A stretch of DNA of 64,000 nt from a virus, in IMG/VR virus record IMGVR_UViG_3300014946_000127. One strand, given 5' to 3'. A program made the position numbers and the translations under genes. The notes under the pieces were generated by a model. The model saw only the letters and a program-made list of their open reading frames with translations. It made no database searches and was not told where the DNA came from. Numbering within the stretch: position 1 is the first letter of the stretch; each line of letters starts with the position of its first letter. Shown piece after piece: positions 47,694 through 56,586 of the stretch.

Positions 47694-48230
47694 TCATTTT
47701 AAATCGAATATCTTGCTTGAATCCCTAATAGAATCAATAGACATCTTGGCACTCAATTGCTTCATAAATTCAGCAAAATCCATCGCCCGATTCCAACTAG
47801 ACCATCTATGAGTAATCTCTACTAGTTCAAAAGCATTTAGTAATACCAATTTTTCGTTTTTCTCTCTCAGGTCATTTACAGCATTTCTTACTCTGTGATA
47901 AAGCTTGCAATTATATCTTTTTGCGTTATACGGTTCCGCACCTTCTCTTGGTTCAATACTACGATATTTAACCGAAAACGAAGGAAGTTTATCTTTGCAC
48001 ATTGCATTATATACATCACTCTCCACCGGGCCATATGGCATAGCATAGAAATTATCGAATATATCCAAAAGGTCATCGCCTCTATCTTTCTTAGGAGCAG
48101 CAGCCAAAAACAGCAGTTTCATGGCTGTAAGTTTAGGAAACGGCTTGCCCTTAATCGTTTCATGATTATCCCGCCACTCCTCAAAAAGGTGGAGCATATA
48201 ATCAAATGCCTTTATTTTATCTACTTCCAT
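47694..48230 (-). CDS. Panacea-domain (DUF4065, SocA/PanA antitoxin-like) protein
   Basis: 178 aa. KLTAMKLLFLAAAP...FDNFYAMPYGPVESDVY fits the DUF4065 K-L-x-K-L-L-Y ... G-P-V signature. Confidence 0.55.
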   Translation of the reverse strand: MEVDKIKAFDYMLHLFEEWRDNHETIKGKPFPKLTAMKLLFLAAAPKKDRGDDLLDIFDNFYAMPYGPVESDVYNAMCKDKLPSFSVKYRSIEPREGAEPYNAKRYNCKLYHRVRNAVNDLREKNEKLVLLNAFELVEITHRWSSWNRAMDFAEFMKQLSAKMSIDSIRDSSKIFDLK

Positions 48231-48234
48231 AATT

Positions 48235-48852
48235 TCACTTTACCAGTTCGAAATCATACACAAATACATAGGGGTTTCTCTCCCATGTGCCTTTACCGCT
48301 TATCTTGTCGATTAAGTATGAATAAGCCCCTTGTGGCGTGCAAAAAGGATCTTTTTTTAATGTCGGAATATAATATGCGTCCATAAAATGGGTATCTTCA
48401 CTGCCGACTTTGCCTTTTATTATTCCCTCTTTCAAACAATCTTCATCTGAAATATCTTGTAACTGTTCAGCACGTACATTGGTTATGCGGATTTGGTGTG
48501 GCATTAGCTCTGGCTTCACATACATTTTATTTGTCCAGCCTGCACCGTTTGGAAATAAATTGGGATTGCACTCATCATTGTAAAAGGAATTGTAGCTTTG
48601 AGCGACGGCTACGATTTCACCTACTTTGTATTTTGGTAATATCTGCCCTCCGTCAATGGAGATTTCATCTTCATCATACATACATATCTCTGTAATAGCT
48701 CCATCTACTTTCCATCTATACACCCAAAGTCCACATACATTCTTTCCTTTGAATGTCTTAGGATAGGTTATAATCCTTCTCGTCTGAGTTTTTCTACCTT
48801 CAAGTACGGCTTGGGTGAGTCCGTATTTATCATTGAACATTATTTTCTTCAT
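48235..48852 (-). CDS. ASCH-domain (PUA-like) protein
   Basis: 205 aa. N-terminus MFNDKYGLTQAVLEGRKTQTRR matches the ASCH start (L-x-G-x-K-T-x-E/T-x-R-R). Confidence 0.55.
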   Translation of the reverse strand: MKKIMFNDKYGLTQAVLEGRKTQTRRIITYPKTFKGKNVCGLWVYRWKVDGAITEICMYDEDEISIDGGQILPKYKVGEIVAVAQSYNSFYNDECNPNLFPNGAGWTNKMYVKPELMPHQIRITNVRAEQLQDISDEDCLKEGIIKGKVGSEDTHFMDAYYIPTLKKDPFCTPQGAYSYLIDKISGKGTWERNPYVFVYDFELVK

Positions 48853-49150
48853 ATTTCAATCGCCATTAATTAGATAAACTTCTGTAACCTCGTCGTCTCC
48901 ATATATCTTACCCATAGAATAGACTTCTAAATTATTAAAGAAATCGCCACTATCTGAAAGATAAAACACTTCGGCTGACTTATCTGGAACTTTCATAAGT
49001 TCGTCAATCAATTCTTGTACTGTCATACTATTTTACTTTTTAGTTTTCTACATTTCTTACATGTAAGCAGGATAACATCGCAATTCGGATAATGGGTAGT
49101 ATGTAATATTATCCACTCGTGTGAACATTGGAATTTTATCAAACATTCTT

Positions 49151-49224
49151 TCATAATACAACACTGTTAATTAAACTATTGAATGAAAGCGGGAAAATCC
49201 ACATACTCTGTCGTTATATTGTCA
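49151..49224. repeat. Intact copy of the promoter-leader module that is split by the insertion at 47252-47500
   Basis: cataatacaacactgttaattaaactatt + gaatgaaagcgggaaaatccacatactctgtcgttatattgtcag, about 85% identical to 47222-47251 plus 47501-47545. Confidence 0.55.
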
Positions 49225-49496
49225 GATCATTTAATCATTGATATTCTGCTACACCAAATGATTCGTCCCATTCATGATCCATAGAATCAATATCATTATA
49301 GTAAATATCATATTTATGTCTATCTGGATTATGTCTATTCCAAAATTTATCTTTACAATTTGTACAACAAAAAGCTTGTGAATATTGACGCTTTACAAAT
49401 TTTTTATGACAAACTGGACATTCTATTATTTCCCCTGTTTTGGCTTCTTTATTTAATTTATATAAACCTTTTTTCTTTCATGGCTTATCTCCTTTC

Positions 49497-49814
49497 TCAT
49501 ATCTTTTTTATATTTCCGACGAAAAATAAATCTACATTTACCCAATCGTAAGCATATAACCAATCCTTATTCCGCGATTCTTCATGAATCCCTATTATTA
49601 CATAAGTAGCTATAACTTTCTTTTTTGAGAAAAAAACATTAACAGTAACTCCTCTTTTGGGGACGATATATTTTCCATTGTCATCGTATATCTGTATATG
49701 ATCTGTTGTTTTCGCTTCACTTTCTGTCATCATCGCCCTATAATTATACCATTTGTCTTTAATATATAATGGTATACCGTTTTTCTTTGCTTTTATCCAT
49801 TTTAAAATAAACAT
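49497..49814 (-). CDS. Hypothetical protein
   Basis: 105-aa ORF. Confidence 0.35.
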   Translation of the reverse strand: MFILKWIKAKKNGIPLYIKDKWYNYRAMMTESEAKTTDHIQIYDDNGKYIVPKRGVTVNVFFSKKKVIATYVIIGIHEESRNKDWLYAYDWVNVDLFFVGNIKKI

Positions 49815-49817
49815 CTC

Positions 49818-50351
49818 TTATTCCTCCTTTATAATTTCTTTCATGAAACAAATCCAGTGCGTATTAGAACGTTTTCCGGATATATGCCCGAATATTGGTT
49901 TTTCAGGTGTGAGTTTGAGAACTTCCGACACTTTGATGTCGGTCTCGTTCCATTTGAAAATCAAAAATCCTCCGGGTTTCAGGACTCGAAAACATTCTTT
50001 AAATCCCTTTGCCAGCATATCACGCCAATCTGAATACAGAGCTCCGTATTTAATTTGTTGGTAGCCTGTTGGCGATGCTTTTTCGTTCAAACTTCCGTAC
50101 ATATCTGCCATCTTTGACTTTCCAGCATTCCTTAATAAGTGAGGCGGATCGAAAACTACCATCGAAAAAGATTTATCCTCGTAGGGCATATTTGTAAAGT
50201 CGGCTTGTATGTCGGGATTTACTTCAAATGATCTACCATCGCATAAATGAGTAGATACCTTTCGAATGTCTTGAAAAAGAACTCTTTCGTCATGTTTGTC
50301 GAAGTAGAACATCTTTCCCCCACAACAGGCATCTAATATCGTTTTTCTCAT
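49818..50351 (-). CDS. DNA methyltransferase (small N6-adenine/N4-cytosine type, orphan)
   Basis: 177 aa. Motif I-like ILDACCGGKMF and motif IV VVFDPPHL (the (D/N/S)PP(Y/F/H) catalytic motif). No adjacent restriction enzyme. Confidence 0.6.
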   Translation of the reverse strand: MRKTILDACCGGKMFYFDKHDERVLFQDIRKVSTHLCDGRSFEVNPDIQADFTNMPYEDKSFSMVVFDPPHLLRNAGKSKMADMYGSLNEKASPTGYQQIKYGALYSDWRDMLAKGFKECFRVLKPGGFLIFKWNETDIKVSEVLKLTPEKPIFGHISGKRSNTHWICFMKEIIKEE

Positions 50352-50353
50352 TG

Positions 50354-50659
50354 CTATTCCTCCTGTTTATTTGGTAACAAGTCTTCTACATATGCCCAAC
50401 GTTGCATGTTAACTCCACGTGAAAATTTTACCCAATTTCCAGAGTCATAAAAGGTATCAAAGGCACTGTCTCCAAGTTGAGCAAGATATATTCTATTCCT
50501 TTCGGGTTCTTCACTTACCTCATGCCACACTGAATCAATACGCCATTTCGTACCACGCTTGAAACCATCTATATATGCAGGCTGCAATTCGGGATTATAG
50601 TAATAATCTTCGAATAGGGCACAATCTAATGCTCCATCTTCAATATCTTCTATTTTCAT
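50354..50659 (-). CDS. Hypothetical protein
   Basis: 101-aa ORF. Confidence 0.4.
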   Translation of the reverse strand: MKIEDIEDGALDCALFEDYYYNPELQPAYIDGFKRGTKWRIDSVWHEVSEEPERNRIYLAQLGDSAFDTFYDSGNWVKFSRGVNMQRWAYVEDLLPNKQEE

Positions 50660-50665
50660 TGTTTA

Positions 50666-50905
50666 TCAATTTTTCTCATTAACTTCAACTAGATGACTGT
50701 CTATTTCCTCTATAACCTCAATAGCCGCTTGTAAGAATGCTTTATTAGTTGTACGGATATATCCTGATCCGAACTTACCTATCTTGTATTTGTCTGCCGT
50801 AAAAACGATATATTGCTTTGCAAACAGAATGTTGATACAGCATTTTAATCGTTCAATCATTGCTCTCCTCCTTTCTTCAATTCTGCTATGAGCGCATCGG
50901 CACAT
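50666..50905 (-). CDS. Hypothetical protein
   Basis: 79-aa ORF. Confidence 0.35.
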   Translation of the reverse strand: MCRCAHSRIEERRRAMIERLKCCINILFAKQYIVFTADKYKIGKFGSGYIRTTNKAFLQAAIEVIEEIDSHLVEVNEKN

Positions 50906-51219
50906 TCTATTGCATATTGCGCTTGTGCCATTGTATTTTTGAATCCTGTTGTATCATTGTTATGTTGTTCAGCAGCAGTCATCATATCTTTGGCTATCTC
51001 ATACCTGCGTTGCTCCCAATCAATGTTCTTGTGTGGTTCTTCTTTAATAAATTCAAGCTCTGATTGCACGTATGTACACCAACTACGCTTGTTATCAACA
51101 TATTGACGCTCCACTCCTCTTTTGGTGATAATATTTTCTATCCGTGATACCTCTATGACTTCGCCAGTCGATTTAATTTTTGCTTTCATTGCTCTCCTCC
51201 TTTCTCCAATAAGTTCCAA
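50857..51219 (-). CDS. Hypothetical protein
   Basis: 120-aa ORF. Confidence 0.4.
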   Translation of the reverse strand: MELIGERRRAMKAKIKSTGEVIEVSRIENIITKRGVERQYVDNKRSWCTYVQSELEFIKEEPHKNIDWEQRRYEIAKDMMTAAEQHNNDTTGFKNTMAQAQYAIECADALIAELKKGGEQ

Positions 51220-51680
51220 TATCTTAACTGTCCTAATCGAGCTATTATTAATTGTTCTTCCAAGAATAATTTACGACGTTTCCCTCTTGAATAAGGGTTA
51301 CCAAAACCAGTTCGTACTATATTGCCACTCTCTGTGTAGTAAATTACAGCAGGTAAATTAATATTGATATTATCGGAACTTTTCAATTGAAAAAATGATA
51401 TTACCTTGTCATATATTTTTTCTGGCACACAGTAGTAGAAATAGTAAACTTGATCGGCATCATGTTTATGTTTTTTATTGAAATCTGCTTTAAAATCTTC
51501 CCACGAACGCTTTATTTCCACTTCTGTAAGATAGCCACTTTTAGATAGCACAACAAAATCAGCTTCATAATCAAGTAATCCCCATGATAGATTGGGAATC
51601 ATAATATCCGAACGTTTATTCCATATCCCACTGTTACGTAATGCCAAATGTATTTGTGATATAGATAAGTTTGTATCCAT
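51186..51680 (-). CDS. Hypothetical protein with a possible PD-(D/E)xK nuclease-like core
   Basis: 164 aa. EADFVVLSKSGYLTEVEIKRS gives a D...E-x-K arrangement. Weak. Confidence 0.3.
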   Translation of the reverse strand: MDTNLSISQIHLALRNSGIWNKRSDIMIPNLSWGLLDYEADFVVLSKSGYLTEVEIKRSWEDFKADFNKKHKHDADQVYYFYYCVPEKIYDKVISFFQLKSSDNININLPAVIYYTESGNIVRTGFGNPYSRGKRRKLFLEEQLIIARLGQLRYWNLLEKGGEQ

Positions 51681-51694
51681 TTATTCTCCTCCTT

Positions 51695-51940
51695 TCATAA
51701 GTTCGGTTTCTCCCATATCCGTATACTTTTTACTCTTATTTCCATTAACTCTAATAATGCCTTTCTCAAATCTCTATCCATGCCTACGCCGGAAACATTT
51801 TCGAAATAACATTGCCATACTTTCTTATGGCTGTCGAAAATGATTAACAGGTCGTGTAACCCGATCGCAGGCTTATGAGACAGTATCTCCGATACGATGT
51901 CTTCTAGGGGGTCTGTTGGTGATTCTTTTGTCGTGTTCAT
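51695..51940 (-). CDS. Hypothetical protein
   Basis: 81-aa ORF. Confidence 0.35.
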   Translation of the reverse strand: MNTTKESPTDPLEDIVSEILSHKPAIGLHDLLIIFDSHKKVWQCYFENVSGVGMDRDLRKALLELMEIRVKSIRIWEKPNL

Positions 51941-51949
51941 AATTCTAAT

Positions 51950-52591
51950 TCATTGCTCAACGTCTTTTCGTTCATATCCCATGTTAAACAGCCATTTGAG
52001 CTCTTCCCATTCCTCGAAGGTGAGGCTGGTGGTTCTGCTTCGTTCCCATTCCCGTTCCTTTTCCTCCTGCCTTTTCTTGTCCTCATAGAACCGCAATAGT
52101 TTCTCTCTGTCGGCTCTGAACTCTCGAAGCGACCTTGTTATCACCATAGGATCGAAAACTCCGTAGAACGTTCCGTAAAGCCCTTGTTTGAACCGCTGGA
52201 AGAATACCATGAACTCGGTGAGCTTGAAATCGCCATAGCCGGAGATGATGATACGGGCTATCTCCTCGTATTCCTTTTCCGTCATTCCGTCCTTGCGGAC
52301 TCCCGAAAATTCGGCTAGGTCGAGAAGCTGTATTTCCAGCCACGACTCTGCGATGTGGCCCCCGAACGTCCTCGATACACGGGCTATGCTCGGAGCTTTG
52401 CCGATAAAGCATCGTTCGAGGCTCTGGCAATAGCGGCCTTGATTGTCGGGGCTAAAAAGGCAGAGCAGATTCTCCCCCGTCTTGTAGGTTGCCAGTATCT
52501 CCCGTTGCCAGCTTGGTGGCGATGGCTTTCGCAAACTCTGCAACTCGCTCCTGTTTGGTCTTTCCGGTAGCAGCTCTTCTATTTTTTTCAT
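51950..52591 (-). CDS. Hypothetical protein (replication module)
   Basis: 213-aa ORF downstream of the replisome organizer. Confidence 0.4.
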   Translation of the reverse strand: MKKIEELLPERPNRSELQSLRKPSPPSWQREILATYKTGENLLCLFSPDNQGRYCQSLERCFIGKAPSIARVSRTFGGHIAESWLEIQLLDLAEFSGVRKDGMTEKEYEEIARIIISGYGDFKLTEFMVFFQRFKQGLYGTFYGVFDPMVITRSLREFRADREKLLRFYEDKKRQEEKEREWERSRTTSLTFEEWEELKWLFNMGYERKDVEQ

Positions 52592-53321
52592 ACTTTTTCT
52601 CGTTGTTTGCCCATGTGGCGAGCCGCTTGGAGAGCTCCCATGTGGGCTGTTTCTCGAATCTCATTTTCGTTTGGGAGGCGTTCATCTCCGACCAATAGTC
52701 GAAGAATGCCCGAAGCATTTCTTTCCCGTACTTGTCGGCATAAGGGATAAGGGAATGATAAAAGGCTTCTTTCCTTTCGTGCGTGGCGGCGGACGCCGCT
52801 TTTTTCTTTATACTCTCGTTAGAGAGTATTTCTTTTTTTTCTTTTTCTTTTATTTTCTTTTGTGGTATTTTCTCAGAGTTTATTGGCATTTCTTCGGAAG
52901 AAATAGGCATTTCCTCGGAGGAAATATGTTTTTCCTCGGAAGAAATAAGGGAATATTCGACAAAATCGCATTTCCGATTGATCTGTTTGCAAATGTCCCT
53001 GTATCGTTCCTGTATTCCTTTCGATGACAATACATGTTCCATTTCAAATAATTCTTTGGAAAATAACCCCAGTGCCAGACAGCTCTTAATCACTTCTGAT
53101 ATATATGCCTCTTCAAACCCGGTCTGTTCCGAAATAATGAAGGGCAACTCTTCGTCCCACATCATGTAGTACCCACCCTTGTAGATAAGACATAGCAGGA
53201 GAGCATATACCGTCATAGCTTTACCGCCTTGATACTTGATTAACTTTCGTATTCTTATATCTTGAAATGTGTCTATGTCAAAAGGAAAATAGTCCAATCC
53301 CATTTTTCTATTTCGTCCCAT
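52452..53321 (-). CDS. Phage replisome organizer / replication initiator (DnaD-like N-terminal domain)
   Basis: 289 aa. N-terminus GLDYFPFDIDTFQDIRIRKLIKYQGGKAMTVYALLLCLIY fits the phage replisome-organizer N-terminal family. Internal SSEEMPISSEEMPINSEK repeats. Confidence 0.6.
   Translation of the reverse strand: MGRNRKMGLDYFPFDIDTFQDIRIRKLIKYQGGKAMTVYALLLCLIYKGGYYMMWDEELPFIISEQTGFEEAYISEVIKSCLALGLFSKELFEMEHVLSSKGIQERYRDICKQINRKCDFVEYSLISSEEKHISSEEMPISSEEMPINSEKIPQKKIKEKEKKEILSNESIKKKAASAATHERKEAFYHSLIPYADKYGKEMLRAFFDYWSEMNASQTKMRFEKQPTWELSKRLATWANNEKKYEKNRRAATGKTKQERVAEFAKAIATKLATGDTGNLQDGGESALPF
52886..52950. repeat. Three tandem ~22-bp iteron-like repeats inside the replisome-organizer gene, next to a T-rich tract (52828-52861)
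   Basis: ggcatttcttcggaagaaatag / gcatttcctcggaggaaatatg / tttttcctcggaagaaataagg. Each unit is itself near-palindromic (TTCYTCGGARGAA). Confidence 0.5.
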
Positions 53322-53517
53322 GTATATTTAGTTCCTATTTTCTTTTTATAAACTCATGAATTTTACTCATAATATGACAATTTCCACTGACGTGAAACGG
53401 TTGGGAAACTGTAAGATTGTGCTCATAATTGTTCTTATTTATTACATGGTAAATTTAATATATTATTTACTTTTTGACAAATATAAACATCTGTAAATCA
53501 AATGATTAAACTTTTTT

Positions 53518-53727
53518 TTAATTTGTAGTTTCAGTAATTGAAAATGCCCACCCGTTCAGGGTCTTGTGCTTGTCAATCTCACCGGTTTTGCATAACTCGT
53601 TTATCTCGGATTTGAGTGACCGGATAACCACCGACTGTATTTCGGTAAAGCTCGCTATGGAGGGCTCCTTGTTATTCTTTTTCTTTTCCTCGACTATCGA
53701 GGCGATGATGTGCTTGATGTCTATCAT
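53518..53727 (-). CDS. Hypothetical protein
   Basis: 69-aa ORF. Confidence 0.35.
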   Translation of the reverse strand: MIDIKHIIASIVEEKKKNNKEPSIASFTEIQSVVIRSLKSEINELCKTGEIDKHKTLNGWAFSITETTN

Positions 53728-54515
53728 ACGGCTTGTTTCTGTTGTTTTTCACGCAAAAATTTGTTGATGAAGTAGATTTGACCTTTACCGGTTACCTTCG
53801 TAGTGGTCGTTACCAGTATTGTGCCGTCGGGCTTGTTGATGATCGTTTTCTTTATCTCGAAGAGATTCATCTCCATAGCCCGTTGGGTAGGTAGGTTGTA
53901 ATTCTCGCCGGTCTTACAGAGGTAGCCCTCATCTCTCAATAATTGGAACAATCTGTTTTGCCCTATCTTGATTCCGTTTTGATTGAGGATTTTTGCCAGC
54001 TCTCCAATGAGGCAGGAGCGTTGCGATGTCTCCACCGCCTCGGCAAACAGGACTTTGGGGCGGTTGGCTTCTATCATCTTCTGCTGTTCTTCTATTCGGG
54101 CTTGTTGTTCGGCGGCCAACAGGAGGGCTTCACGGAAAGAGCCGGGGACGTGGTGTCCTCCGCTTTTTATTGTTTCCTCCATTTGGTTAAAAGCGTTGAT
54201 GTAATCGAGTTTGAATTTGAGAGCCTTTTCGCCGGTGAAGCCCATAGCCAGCAAAGTGAAGCCGTCACGATTCATAACATACATAGGGGCTTTGCGTACT
54301 GCACCTGTACCGTTGTTTAAAGGCACATCGTACTCAACCAATGCGAACATTTTTGTAAGTTGTTGATTATTAGTTTGAGCCGAATTTTCGGCCGAAACAA
54401 ATAGATTATAAATTGCATCCAATACATGCCTATGTTCTTTCCCGAACTTTTCAGCGACCAACAAACTGTTTGTCAGTGCTTGGTTGTTCTGACCTTTGAA
54501 TACAAGATTATTCAT
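53724..54515 (-). CDS. Antirepressor (Rha N-terminal domain + KilA-C-like C-terminus)
   Basis: 263 aa. TNSLLVAEKFGKEHRHVLDAI matches the Rha family start. C-terminal ...ILNQNGIKIGQNRLFQLLRDEGYL is KilAC-like. Confidence 0.6.
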   Translation of the reverse strand: MNNLVFKGQNNQALTNSLLVAEKFGKEHRHVLDAIYNLFVSAENSAQTNNQQLTKMFALVEYDVPLNNGTGAVRKAPMYVMNRDGFTLLAMGFTGEKALKFKLDYINAFNQMEETIKSGGHHVPGSFREALLLAAEQQARIEEQQKMIEANRPKVLFAEAVETSQRSCLIGELAKILNQNGIKIGQNRLFQLLRDEGYLCKTGENYNLPTQRAMEMNLFEIKKTIINKPDGTILVTTTTKVTGKGQIYFINKFLREKQQKQAV

Positions 54516-54556
54516 AACTGATTAAGATTTGATTTTTCAAGATTATTCCCTGAAAT

Positions 54557-54805
54557 TCAACCTATGCAAGAAGGTGAATTTATGATGTTTTCGTTGTGGC
54601 AATATGTGCACATAGATGTCATTGGCGAATAAACCCTACCGCACTTAGGACATATCCAGCCCTGCATACCGACAAATGTCTGCGCTTTTTCGCGTCTCGT
54701 CATCTCAATAGCTTTTAAGGCATTATCTTCTGAAACTCTACGGTATATATGCCCGCCTGCGCAATCTTCTACGCTTACCGATTTTATAAATTCTTCTGCT
54801 GTCAT
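54557..54805 (-). CDS. Zinc-ribbon small protein
   Basis: CPKCGRVYSPMTSMCTYCH. Confidence 0.4.
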   Translation of the reverse strand: MTAEEFIKSVSVEDCAGGHIYRRVSEDNALKAIEMTRREKAQTFVGMQGWICPKCGRVYSPMTSMCTYCHNENIINSPSCIG

Positions 54806-54832
54806 ATCATTTGTTTATTTTAGATTCTCATT

Positions 54833-55792
54833 TCAATCGAAAAGTGTTTTTGGCTTTTCATCGGGGAGAAACAGCCCATTTACAGCTAATACCTTTCTCA
54901 TCGCTTCTCGATAAGTAACGCCGTTGTTCGTATAGTTCATGAAGTGATTGTACATCTTGGGGTACAACTCATAGCAAAGTTGAAGCCGGTTGTCGTCTTT
55001 GAATTGGCAACCATATCCGCAGAACATACAGCCTGTTCGTTTTGCCCCTTTATGGTATATATCTGCAATTTTCAATCCCCTCTCTCTTATGTATGCCCAA
55101 ATGTCATCTTCAAGCCAAATTGATAGAGGCTTTGAATTGGTTGTATCGTCAAATTGATTACAACCACCAGCTTGTAAGTATTTCATCTGACGCTGAATGC
55201 TTTCAGATGCCATTTCTCCGCTTATTGGAAACAACCCGCTTGTTATATGATATTCATGAAATGGCTTTTTCTTTAATTGATTACAGCATTTTTCGCTTAC
55301 ATCAAACTTTTCGTCAATCAAAAACATCCATTTCTTCGCCAACTTAAATATACTATGACGTTTTACTACAAAATTTTCAAAAACTTTGCCGTCTGGTTTT
55401 TTTCTCACCTTACCTATTATAGCAGATGTTGATTTACTGATAAGTGGGAATCCGTATTTTTCAAATACCTGTGCTGGCTTTAATGTTGGATATATAATTT
55501 CAATGTCATATCCTTCTGTGTTTTTAAGCTCTCGGACGAACCTTACTATATCGGGATATTCATTGCCCGTATTGCAGAAAACAGCCTTTATATCGGGTTT
55601 GACGATACGGCATAAATCAAGTAACACGGTACTGTCCTTTCCGCCACTGAACCCAACGTAAACCTGACCGTTTAGACGTGATACGAATTGGTCTATCACA
55701 CCGAGGCTGTGGTCTATCTTTTGGCGCAGGGTCCAGCTTTGTCGCTCTCTTAATTCTTTCAAGTCCATATCACTTATTAAAGTTTGATTCAA
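54833..55792 (-). CDS. PAPS-reductase-family (PP-loop ATP pyrophosphatase, DndC-like) protein
   Basis: 319 aa. VYVGFSGGKDSTVLLDL contains the SGGKDS PP-loop. C-terminal CMFCGYGC cysteine pair. Confidence 0.7.
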   Translation of the reverse strand: MNQTLISDMDLKELRERQSWTLRQKIDHSLGVIDQFVSRLNGQVYVGFSGGKDSTVLLDLCRIVKPDIKAVFCNTGNEYPDIVRFVRELKNTEGYDIEIIYPTLKPAQVFEKYGFPLISKSTSAIIGKVRKKPDGKVFENFVVKRHSIFKLAKKWMFLIDEKFDVSEKCCNQLKKKPFHEYHITSGLFPISGEMASESIQRQMKYLQAGGCNQFDDTTNSKPLSIWLEDDIWAYIRERGLKIADIYHKGAKRTGCMFCGYGCQFKDDNRLQLCYELYPKMYNHFMNYTNNGVTYREAMRKVLAVNGLFLPDEKPKTLFD

Positions 55793-56333
55793 CGACTTTG
55801 TATTTAATGGGCAATCCGGAGCAGGTGATAGCGAGCAGGGCAGAGTCCCTTTCTTCTTGGTTACTGCGGGGTATGTTAAACTCTATCCCGCTCATCTGGC
55901 ACAACCGCTTCAATTCTTCATGGGTGATCTTGCCGTCTTTCCCTTGCCAGCACTTGCGCAATGGGGATTGCTCCATGACTTGTATTCCGTAATGCCTCAG
56001 CATTTCGACTATCTTGCGACCGGTCTCTTGGTTGCGACCTACATGCTCGCCTTTCTTGGCTGCGCTCGCCCGTGTGTCTTTCGGTGACAAATGCCAGTTT
56101 GATTTGTTCTTCCAACCTGCCTCGACATATACCGCCACTCGTTCATCGTTTTTCTTGCAGTGCTCATGAAGTTTTTTTATGCCCTCTACCAACAAGGGGA
56201 ATGGGCAAACACTCATCTCCATTTTCATTTTCCTTGTGTCCAATACGGAGTAGCCGCTGCGCTCAACGTCGGGGTCTATCCCTATCACTACATCGTATTT
56301 TATTTTTCTGTTGTATGTGGCCTGTTCTTCCAT
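55770..56333 (-). CDS. RuvC-like Holliday junction resolvase
   Basis: 187 aa. YDVVIGIDPDVERSGYSVL matches the RuvC N-terminal catalytic Asp motif (IGIDPG..GY). Confidence 0.6.
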   Translation of the reverse strand: MEEQATYNRKIKYDVVIGIDPDVERSGYSVLDTRKMKMEMSVCPFPLLVEGIKKLHEHCKKNDERVAVYVEAGWKNKSNWHLSPKDTRASAAKKGEHVGRNQETGRKIVEMLRHYGIQVMEQSPLRKCWQGKDGKITHEELKRLCQMSGIEFNIPRSNQEERDSALLAITCSGLPIKYKVVESNFNK

Positions 56334-56356
56334 TATATTGTATCTTTCTCTTTTTG

Positions 56357-56586
56357 TTCGGCAGGCGGGACTCGAACCCGCATGATAGGAGTTTTTCTAA
56401 GACTTTCACTTAGTAGTTTTAATTTGTGAGGTTGCGCTCACCGTGCGATACTTTCGTATGCCTAAACTCGGAGGAGAATTGTCAAGCGGTAATTTTTATT
56501 TTACGGCTACGCCTCTACAAGCTGTGCCATTGCCAACCTATCTATAAGAGCTACACTTTATCGTATACCAATTCCGACACTGCCGA
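56357..56586 (-). ncRNA. Long tRNA-like RNA (230 nt): Leu-type acceptor and D-arm at the 5' end; anticodon-arm-like hairpin, long variable region, T-arm and acceptor at the 3' end; ~145-nt insertion in between
   Basis: 5' TCGGCAG-TG-TCGGAATTGGTATACGA ... CTAAG-TGAAAGT-CTTAG-AAAAACTCCTATCAT-GCGGG-TTCGAGT-CCCGC-CTGCCGA-A. The acceptor strands pair 7/7. The insert contains a GNRA-capped hairpin and GTGAG/CTCAC hairpin. Confidence 0.4.

Noticed and set aside
47895-48386. Plus-strand 163-aa ORF overlapping the Panacea and ASCH genes
   Set aside because: Antisense to two motif-supported minus-strand genes. No independent support.
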